DNA of 64,000 bases from positions 271,438-335,437 of the forward strand of contig NW_003314347.1 of NCBI RefSeq assembly GCF_000143415.4, given 5' to 3'. Within the stretch, counting starts at the first letter, position 1. Each line of letters begins with the position of its first letter. The notes below the pieces were generated by a model. It did not search any database. It had not been told where the DNA came from and saw only the letters and a program-made list of their open reading frames with translations. The stretch is from Selaginella moellendorffii (taxonomy: Eukaryota > Plantae > Lycopodiophyta). Positions 38,401 through 47,785 of the stretch are shown piece by piece. A program made the position numbers and the translations under genes.

Positions 38401-38823
38401 GATGGAAACATAGGAGGAAATAGTGGGGAAACAAAAGTAATAGAAGCAGAGGTAGAAGTAAAGGGACGAAGAGGTACGGAAGTGAGAGGAATGGATGAAA
38501 CATAAGGAAGTATGAGACAAGGGGGAGAAACCTCAAAGTCACACTTGGCATGATTGTGCTGCAACCAATTCATACTAAGAATGAGGTCAAAAGCTTGACT
38601 TGGCACCACCCGCAACGACTGCAACTCAAGCTCGAGATCGCCCACACGCACAACCAGGTCCGCCTCATCTCGTGCATATGCATGTGTACGGCCATTGCCA
38701 TAAAGAATGAAAATTGGATCCGCCGCACGACGCAAGTGTAGACAACAATGTGTGGCAACAGGTCGAGCAATAGAAGATAAACTCGAACTTGTATCAACTA
38801 ACACGGAGAGAAGAATAAAAGAC
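35500..38823 (-). pseudogene. pol (PR-RT-RH-INT) of outer Gypsy element
   Basis: ORFs 37551-38855, 37065-37544, 35901-36758 and 35662-35949, separated by stops or frameshifts. Confidence 0.9.
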
Positions 38824-38828
38824 CTCTT

Positions 38829-39972
38829 TGTAGGCCACAAATTTTTCATTTCCAATTTGCCAGCTTACCTCGTCTATCCGACCAACACTGCCTTGGCTCG
38901 TGCTAAGTTCCCTTACCAAGGTTCTCGCTTATTGTACCAGCTCCTACTTGGTCCTACTTGGTTTCAGCTACTCACTGCACAAGCACCGGAGTGTTAGCCA
39001 TCCATCTACGGATTCCCAAATCTCTCCCAATCCCCCTCCCCGGGTTAGACTAGACTTAAGGTTCGGCTACACTCCCCGCAGGCACAAGCAGCCAAGCACA
39101 CCAATCCTCCAGGTTCCTAACACCCCTTGGTACAACAAGACTTGATCATGGGACCCTCTAAATCCCAAGCCTTGGGTGCAGCACTTGCTTCGGGACGTCA
39201 GGGTGAAACACCGTGGCCTAACGGCCCGGTATGGGTACCTCTACCCCCCCACTTCCATCTCGAAGGAAGGCCCAAGGCTCTAGGAAGGGCGAGGACCAAT
39301 GAGCCGCATGGTACTCAAGTGGGGCATTACTCCACATGAGCCGGGAGCACCGCAATCGATTTCCCTTTCGGGAGTGGGAGCTGCTCTTGAGCACTTCCTT
39401 GGATGGCCCCTCCGGCACCAACCAAGTCCATACTCACTCCCACCCAAGGCCCCTCGGTCCCAATCTCAACCTCAAGTCGGTTTGGAAGCCCCACTAGAGA
39501 GTCCCTTCAAAACTGGTTCCTGGACCTCACTATCCCTACTATACTTTTGGAACCCCCTGCAGCCCCCCCCCTGGGAGACACATGCTTTGGGCTTTCACCC
39601 CTTGACCCGTATTAGTATTTGGACTTAGTCTCTGGCTCGATCTCGGACTCGATTTCGGATCCGACTTTGGATTCGGTCTCGGACTCGATCTCGGACTCGA
39701 TCTTGGACACGATCTCGGACCCAACCTCGGACTCGGTCTCGGACTCGGTCTCAAACCCGATTTCAGATCTCGGACTCGGTCTCGAACTCGGTCTCGAACT
39801 CGGTCCCCGAGTCGGCCTCGGACTCGATTCCGGACTCTATCTCAAACTCGGTCTCCGAGTTGGTCTTGGACTCGATCTTCGACTTGGTCCCATCCGATGA
39901 ACTCTTTGTCATTTTGGTCATGCTTTCGGGGTTCCTTTAGCCTACGACACCTCGGCGAGTTGGTTCCTTACA
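38829..39972 (-). repeat. 3' LTR of nested chromovirus (1144 bp)
   Basis: TGTAGG..CTTACA, direct repeat of 45181-46312. Confidence 0.95.
39630..39895. repeat. Degenerate 6/12-bp tandem array (TCGGAC/TCGATC/TCGGTC) inside LTR; second copy ~45985-46235
   Basis: Read directly. The two LTRs differ in length by 12 bp. Confidence 0.9.
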
Positions 39973-40758
39973 ACTCCACCACCCATAGAAGAAGTTCGAT
40001 GCCTATATCGAACGTCTCTCTTTTGATCCTACGATTTGCTGACCATGTCTCTGGGGGCATCCCCCCACTTAGCGGTATGCCTAAGTTAGTCTCCCCGGCC
40101 AAGAGCCCATGACAACGGAATATAGGTGGCCCTATACTCCTCACCTCACCATGCCCTAGTATAGGGTCGGGACTTGAACCCAGCCTTGCTTTACTAGGGG
40201 GTTGGGACTCGAACCCAACCTCCGTAGAATACGTCTACGGATTCGACATCCCCGCAGGGAGTCGGGCGTAGCTCCCTATGCCTAGTCGACCTAGCTAACC
40301 CATGCTAATTAGCTTACCTTTGGCGTGCCTTCGGGTCCCAACATATGCCATTGCTCAACTTCACAAATTGATACTTTAATTGAACTTTGCATAAGTACAT
40401 AGAGTTCTGCTTTGTAGAAATGCCTCCACTAGATCTCGCGCGTTCACTAAGTTCTCCTTCGGTTCCCATGTTGCTTCGCAGTGTGGAAATCCTTTTCACT
40501 TCACATGGAACTCTCTCACCTCGTGTTCTTGTCGCTTGCTCTTGCGCGCATTGAGGATGGCCTCGACTTTGTATTCCTTTTCCCCTTGGATAACCTCAGG
40601 TAAAGGTCTTACTTGGTCCTTGCGAAGCGGATCCTCAAAATACGGCTTGAAGTAAGTTCACGTGGAACATGGGATGCATCTTCCCCATCTCTCGAGGAAG
40701 TTGGAGTCGGTAAGCCACTTTACCGATTCGAGCCTCAATCTCGTAAGGCCCCGCAAAC

Positions 40759-40810
40759 CTGCTTAAGGAACTCAAGATCAATTCATTTACAGGAATACAT
40801 GCATTTTTAC
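40759..40810 (-). other. Putative 52-nt spliceosomal intron 2 in the integrase GPY/F region
   Basis: CCCAAAG|GTAAAA..TTCCTTAAGCAG|GTTTGCGGGGCCTTAC. Removal gives KLTQ-R-FAGPYEIEARIGKVAYRLQLP. Confidence 0.85.
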
Positions 40811-41228
40811 CTTTGGGTCAACTTCCAACTGATCCCACTTGGTAGCCTAAGGTTCTTGGTGTTTAGCCACACCTTCTCCCCAGCTTGGAACTCTACGTCC
40901 CGGTGCTTCTGGTTCGCATACTTTGTTTGCCTTTGTTGAGCTCGTTCCAAGGAATCCCTCACTAGATTCCAAATGTTGAGTCTTTCCGCCATGAATGCCT
41001 CCACTGCGGGTAACTCTCCATGATACTCGGTCACGCCGAGTTCCACAGGACTTTCAATAACTCGCCCATTGATGACTTCCCATGGACTCACCCCGATACT
41101 CGAATGTGGTGAGTTGTTATAACACATTTCCGCAAGTCCCAAATGACTTACCCAATCGGTCTGGTCTCCCGTGACATAGCATCGCAAATAATCCTCCAAC
41201 TACCTATTCACCCTTTCCGTTTGTCCGT

Positions 41229-41275
41229 CTGTCAAGAAGTGTTAGTGCCACCAAACTTGACTTAATACCCCATAC
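41229..41275 (-). other. Putative 47-nt spliceosomal intron 1 in the integrase catalytic core
   Basis: CAAACAG|GTATGG..CACTAAC..TTCTTGACAG|ACGGACAAACGGAA. Removal gives HPQT-D-GQTERVN. Confidence 0.85.
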
Positions 41276-44200
41276 CTGTTTGTGGGTGATAAGCTGTGCT
41301 GAATTTCAACTTGGTGCGATACTGTTTCAGGAGAGTCCTCCAAAACCTACTAGTGAAGATCTTATTTCGATCTGAGATGATCTCCTCCGGCCTTCCCTGT
41401 ACTCGAACCACTTGTTCGAAAAACAGCTTCGCCACACCTTCCATATCCATTTCCATTGTGGTGGGTATGAAATGTGCCATTTTCGAAAATCGGTCCACCA
41501 CCACGAATATCGCATCAAACCCCTCACTTGGGGGAAGTCCCGTGATGAAGTTCATCGTAAGACATTTCTACGGACGATCGGGAATTGGGATGCTTTGCAA
41601 CAAGCCCCCACTAGCCTTAGTCACGGCTTTGACCTGCTGACATGTTGGACATGTCTTTAGTCTTGGACGTCCTTAGCCATATCTAGCTAATGGTACTTCC
41701 TCTTGAGTAAACCCATCGTCTTGGGCACTCCGCCGTGTCCTGCAAGAGGTCCGTCATGACACTCTTCTAAGGCTACCTTCCTTAGTTCCCCTTCTGGAAC
41801 ATACACCCTCGTTTGCTATAATAGATGAGTCCGTTGCATTTCGCATAGCCCGTTTTTTCTTCCGTTGGCAGCTCACCTCTCTAGTGAGCTTCCCGTGCCT
41901 CTAGATTCTTCAGTAACACTTCTTGTGCTAGACCATCGTTCTCATATGCTATCCGCACATCGTCCCAGAAGGTTGCTGTTGCGCTGGATATCGCCAACCT
42001 CAAGCTCGCTTTTCGACTTAGCGCATCCGCCACGATGTTGCTCTTCCCAGGCTTGTACAGAATTTCGCAATCAAACTCGGCCAAGGCATTGGCCCACCAA
42101 CTTTGTTTCCCTCTCAGGTCGGGTTGTGACAAGAAGTGTTTCATTGCCACATTGTCTGTGTAAACCTTGAAGTGTCTCCTAAGGTAGTGTCGCCATTCCT
42201 TGAGCGCCTTGACCACCGTAAACAATTCCTTCTCGTGGGCAGGCCACTTCCATTGAGCCTTGTCCAACTTCTTCGAGAAGAATGTTACTGGGTGATTGTC
42301 TTGCTTCAAAATTGCGCCCAACGCAAAGTTTGAAGCATCTGTTTCTACTTCAAAGTCCTTACCAAAGTTTGGTAATGCCAACACAGGAGCCTTCCTCAAC
42401 TTCCCTTTGAGGTGGACGAATGCCACCTCGCATTCCGTTGTCCATACCATCTTCCCTTTTCCTGTTTGGTCCGTTAAAGGCAAGGCTACTCTCGAATAGT
42501 GTCTGATAAACTTTCGGTAGTAGTTGCATAGCCCCAAGAACGCCCTCAACTCATGTACATTCGATGGTCACTCCCATTCCTAGATCGCTTAGACCTTCTC
42601 CGAGTCCACCTTGAGCCCGTCCTAGCCCACCACATACCCGAGAAACTTTACCTCTTATTGAGCAAAGTCACATTTGCTCTCTTTAGCATACAGTTTTTGT
42701 TCCCTTAGTTTCTCAAACACCTTCCCCAAGTGTTCGGCATGCTCCTCTAGCGTCTCGTTATAGATCAGGATGTCATCAATATAGATGACCACGAAGTGAT
42801 CCAGATAGGGTACAAAGATGTGGTTCATCAACGCCGAAAACGTTGCCGACGCATTGCACAGCCCAAAAGGCATCACCAGAAACTCAAAGCTCCCATACCT
42901 CGTTCGACAGGTTGTCTTCTCAACATCTTCCTCAGCTACCCTGATCTGGTAGTATCCTAACCTTAGGTCAATCCTTGAGAAGTATTTTGCCTTTCCCAAC
43001 CTATCGAACAGGTCCTCAATCCTTGGCAAAGGGTATTTGTTCTTCTTGGTATACTTGTTGAGCAACCGGTAGTCTATGCACATGCGTATAGATCCATCTT
43101 TCTTTTTCACAAATAGCACTGGCGCCCCATATAGCGACTTGCTCAACCTAACATACCCTTTGTCCACCAACTCCTTTAGTTGGCGCTTGAGCTCTGCAAG
43201 TTCTTTTTCGTTCAATCGATAGGGTGGACGAACCACCGCCTCAGCTCGATCTTATGTTCTATCGGTCGTGCGGGGGGCAACCCCGTCGGTAGCTCCTCCG
43301 GCATGGTATCCTGGAATTGGTCCAACACTCGCTGGATCATTAAAGGTACTTCTTCCGTTCCAGTCTTTTTGTCACTTCTCACCAAGAGTAAGCACAAAAA
43401 TGCAGCCTTGGTCCCTTTAGTGAGTTGTCCTCTTGTGGACACCAGGTTCAGGCACGAATCTTTGGCCTTGCATTGCCCTACCTTTAGATCTTGGGCCTCC
43501 ACCCTGGATTTTCTTCCTTGGGCATTTGTCAATACCACAAGGTTCCTACCTTGTCCATGTAGGGCTACCACGAACCAATTGAACTAATCCATCCCGAAGA
43601 TCACGTCAAATCCCGCCATGTCCAACACGGTGAAGTCCATGTCTACTTTCCAAGTTCCTACTTCGACTCTCGCTTGTCAAAGTACCTCATTGGTGCTTTG
43701 GCTACCTTGAACAAACTCTATAGTCCTTGGTTCGCTTAGCCGCTGCACCGTTAGTCCGGCTTGCCGGATTATGTCTGCAGCCACAAAATTATTCGAAGCA
43801 CCCTTATCAATAAGGATCTTAACAAAGCTACCTCCGAGCTTCCCTCGGAGGGCTAGTAGATGTCGCGAATGACTCTTTACCAAAGTTACTCGTGTAATGA
43901 GTAACTTTGAGTTAGGGACTGGATCATATACCTCAGTTTGGACTTCACCCGACTTGATGGCCATATTGGCTCTGGCCTTCTTCGGGTAGGGACATTCCCT
44001 CGAAAAGTGTCCCGCTTCACCGCAGTTGTAGCATACGTTGTTTCCCATGCTGCTATATGACTTGACCTTCTTATCCGTGGGTTTGTCTCTTTTCGCTTGA
44101 CTCCCCCACGTACTCGCTCGCTGGCCACCGGATTTGCCTTTTCGGAACCCCAAGGACTCATTCTTAGAGAAACTCTTCTTGAATTTCCCCCTGCTATACG

Positions 44201-45180
44201 TTCCCCTTAGTTTGGCCCCTTTGCTAAATGTGAATCCCGACCCCGTTGTGTTCCCCTTTCGTAGGTTATCGTTGAAATGCACCTTGATGGCCGCATCCAA
44301 TGCTTCCTTGTAGTTGGTCGGGTTCCACTGCATCACCTCACCGCGAGCCCAGGTTTGCAAACCTGATATGAAGGCATGGAACGCATCCATATCCCCCATG
44401 TTCGTGACCAGTATCATCTTTGCCATGAACCCATTCACATATTCTTGGATGGTTCCAATCTGTTTCAGCCTACTCAGCTCATCTCTCAGATGCAGAGTGG
44501 CATTCAAAGGAACGTATGTTGTGCGGATCCTCGCCTTCATCATGTCCCAAGTGGCCACCGGTCCTTCGTTGGCCTCTGTTGTTCTCCACCAAGACTTGGC
44601 ATTATCTGCCAAGTATGGTTTTGCACATGGGACCTTCTCCGAGCTCAGTAATCGCAACACTCAGAAATAGTCCTCCATATCGTAAAACCAATCCTCCACC
44701 ACCTTATAGTCATTCACTCCCTTGAAGACCGGTGGGGGCTTTGGTTTGTACTTGGGAACTGCCTGAGGGACTGATTCTACTTCAGTCTGTTTGGTTCTAC
44801 CTCAATCCCTGCCGAAGGGTCTGCACCTTCTACGCTACTAGCATCCGCAGTCTTTCTCTTTTTCTTCCGCTTCTCGTCACGCTTTAGCTTGCGTATGAGA
44901 GTCTCCAGTAGGGCATTGGTCTGTGCCAACTGTCCTTCTAGCACGTCCAATCGAGCCTTGGACGACCGAACCTTGCCACCGGACTCCTGTTTGGAAGTTT
45001 CCTCACTAGAGACCTCCTCATGCAAGGATTCCTCATCCATAGCCTCTCGTTCAACTGGAGGCTCCAGCTCTGGAGGAGGTTCCGTCTCCGCCTTGGTTCG
45101 CTTTCGCCCTACCTTTGCCATCTCCCAGCAATCCGCCTCTATCCTTCGCTAAAACTGAGGAAAAGGCTCTGATAACAAAT

Positions 45181-46312
45181 TGTAAGCCACAAATTTTTCC
45201 TTTCCAATTTGCCAGCTTACCTCGTCTATCCGACCAACACTGCCTTGGCTCGTGCTAAGTTCCCTTACCAAGGTTCTCGCCTATTGTACCAGCTCCTACT
45301 TGGTCCTACTTGGTTTTAGTTACTCACTACACGAGCACCGGAGTGTTAGCCATCCATCTACGGATTCCCAAATCTCTCCCAATCCCCCTCCCTAGGTTAA
45401 ACTGGACTTAAGGTTCGGCTACACTCCCCACAGGCACAAGCAGCTAAGCACACCAATCCTCCAGGTTTCTAACACCCCTTGGTACAACAAGACTTGATCA
45501 TGGGACCCTCTAAATCCCAAGCCTTGGGTGCAGCACTTGCTTCGAGATGTTAGGGTGAAACACCGTGGCCTAACGGCCCGGTATGGGTACCTCTACCCCC
45601 CCACTTCCATCCCGAAGGAAGGCCCAAGCCCTTAGGAAGGGTGAGGACCAATGAGCCGCATGGTACTCAAGTGGGGCACCACTCCACATGAGCCGGGAGC
45701 ACCGCAATTGGTTTCCCTTTCGGGAGTGGGAGCTGCTCTTGAGCACTTCCTTGGATGGCCCCTCCGGCACCAACCAAGTCCATACTCACTCCCACCCAAG
45801 GCCCCTCGGTCCCAGTCTCAACCTCAAGTCGGTTTGGAAGCCCCACTGGAGAGTCCCTTCAAAACTGGTTCCTAGACCTCACTATCCCTACTATACTTTT
45901 GGAACCCCTTGCAGCCCCCGCCCTGGGAGATGCACGCTTTGGGCTTTCACCCCTTGACCCGTATTAGTATTTGGACTTAGTCTCTGGCTCGATCTCGGAC
46001 TCGATTTCGGATCCGACTTCGGATTCGGTCTCAGACTCGATCTCGGACTCGATCTTGGACCCGATCTCGGACCCGACCTCGGACTTGACCTCGGACTCGG
46101 TCTCAGACCCGATTTCGGATCTCGGACTCCGTCTCGAACTCGGTCCCCGAGTCGGCCTCGGACTCGATTCCGGACTCTATTTCGAACTCGGTCTTCGAGT
46201 CGGTCTTGGACTCGATTTTCGACTTGGTCCCATCCGATGAACTCTTTGTCATTTTGGTCATGCTTTCGGGGTTCCTTTAGCCTACAACACCTCGGCGAGT
46301 TGGTTCCTTACA
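45181..46312 (-). repeat. 5' LTR of nested chromovirus (1132 bp)
   Basis: TGTAAG..CTTACA, adjacent to the PBS on the minus strand. Confidence 0.95.
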
Positions 46313-46317
46313 CTCTT

Positions 46318-47294
46318 GTTATAAAAACGAGCTTGGAAAGTAAACACTGGATGAACCGGTGCCGAGTGAACCCCTTGATGATACTCTTGAAAGAAAGATG
46401 GAGGGATCACTAACTTATTCGCGCAAGGTCCCTCTGTTACTTGCGCGACTCCTCGTTTCCCAGATGCACCTTGGTGTCCAAACCTTCCACCGCAGCAGCA
46501 CCAACAGGACATTATTGACGCCAAGGTCTCCATCCAGGAAATGGAGGTCGCCAATCCGGAAAGCGTCGACAACACCGATAAGTATGACCAACTTCATCAC
46601 ATGCCCAGCAATGAACATCACAGCCACGACCACGTCCGCGCCCTTGTCCGTGGACTCGAGTAGCAACAGCATCAACCTCTATTGGAACAAGACCATCACT
46701 CATAGGAAGTGGAGCTGAAGGACGTGCAGCAAGAAGTGGAAGAAGCGACGTCTCATAACATTATGCCAAGCGAAGAGCATCGTCAAGGGTGGCAGGAGCA
46801 AGTGCATGCACAAGGCTGACAAGATCTTGACAAAGTGCTGGCCACAACATTCCTAACTTGATCCGCTCTGACATATTAGGCTCCATATAAAGCAAAAGAC
46901 TTCGGAAACAAATGCCAAATTGCATCACCGACTCAGATGGCCCTTGGCTAAGACGATGCAATTGTTGGAAGGCATCGTCACAATCGTTGGTATGTCCGAA
47001 GGCGTGTTTGAAGACGTCCGGAAGAACACTACAATCCCCACGAGTGGCCGCACTCAATCCATTGTACCACTGCAATGCCGTCCCTTGAAGACACGTGGGA
47101 AACTCATGCAAACATGGAGCATCATCCCAAGAATGATATGTGGGAATCACCGTGAAGTGATCGAACCAATGGTACACATCATCCCTAAGATTCCCACGAA
47201 AGAACTCTGGCCGAACGCGAAAATCGGCACCAAGAGCAGGAGGAGTTGGACCATGTGCTGTGAATGCCGCCATCAATTGAGTTTGGTTGTTCAA
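46318..47294 (-). pseudogene. gag of outer Gypsy element
   Basis: PEFFRG..DVYHWFDHF..CLQGTALQWY..LSQGPSESVMQF; zinc knuckle CWACDEVGHTYRCC. Confidence 0.85.
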
Positions 47295-47610
47295 TTGTTC
47301 AATTGCAAGCGCATAGCATCAAGCAATTGAACCAACTGATGCTCTAGAGTCAAAGGAGGAGATTGCGGATTGGCCATGAAGATGAACGAAAAAGAAAGAG
47401 CAAAAAAAGAGAAATGACAAAAAGCTAGAAAGAAATGGTAAATCTAAACAATGCAAAAAGCTGGATCTAAACCAAAATCCTGAAAGGAAAGAATAAAAGA
47501 AAGGAAATAGAAAAAGCTAGATCTAGATGATGCAAAAGCTAGATCTAAACCGAAATCCCAAATCCAAGCACTCCCCAAGGACAATCAAAAGTGCCCCTCA
47601 CCTCCACCAA

Positions 47611-47785
47611 TGTGAGTGCATGGAATATGGAAAGGGAATACAGAAATATGCATATCAATTAGCTTAAAAACCCTAGCTTATATACAGGAGCGAGTGGTCC
47701 GGATTGAAACTAATCCAACGGCTACTAAAATCCCACTACGCTAATATTAGTATACGGCATCGTAGCCATACACTTGGCCTTCACA
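47611..47785 (-). repeat. 5' LTR of outer Gypsy element
   Basis: Direct repeat of 35297-35470, adjacent to PBS TGGTGGAGGTGAGGGG. Confidence 0.93.

Larger units (their letters stand above)
40320..45121 (-). pseudogene. gag-pol (gag-PR-RT-RH-INT-chromodomain) of nested chromovirus
   Basis: ORFs 44777-45121, 43677-44660, 43212-43571, 42655-43236, 41881-42549, 41262-41555 and 40807-41199, plus the chromodomain at ~40400-40585. Many in-frame TAG/TGA/TAA stops consistent with C>T decay. Confidence 0.92.
38829..46312 (-). mobile_element. Nested chromodomain-bearing Ty3/Gypsy (chromovirus, Galadriel/Tcn1-like) retrotransposon with intron-interrupted integrase
   Basis: LTRs at 38829-39972 and 45181-46312. 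Perfect 5-bp TSD CTCTT (38824-38828 / 46313-46317). tRNA-Met-type PBS TGTTATCAGAGCC at ~45165-45177; PPT at 39973-39983. gag CYNCGEAGHFSREC, PR ILIDKGAS, RT YIDD, RNase H, integrase, chromodomain EYKVEAIL..EATWEP. Confidence 0.96.
35297..47785 (-). mobile_element. Outer Ty3/Gypsy LTR retrotransposon (no chromodomain), degenerate, interrupted by a nested element
   Basis: ~174-bp TG..CA LTRs at 35297-35470 and 47611-47785. PPT at 35471-35485; PBS at 47591-47609. gag with CCHC knuckle (46.4-47.3 kb), PR (VDTSS), RT (FIDD), RNase H, integrase with GPY motif. Imperfect TSD (GGTAT/GGATA). Confidence 0.92.

Noticed and set aside
39619-39900. SDSI-repeat ORF (and 45971-46240) or CRISPR-like array
   Set aside because: Translation of an LTR minisatellite. 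No unique spacers, and the context is eukaryotic.
40160-40225. tRNA gene or SINE call from B-box motifs
   Set aside because: Only T-arm-like loops are present, with no A-box, anticodon arm or acceptor stem. Reported as a structured UTR instead.
41820-41880. Possible third intron (GAG|GTGAGC) at the RNase H/integrase linker
   Set aside because: No matching acceptor whose use restores a conserved motif. The region reads as a linker with a point stop and a small indel.
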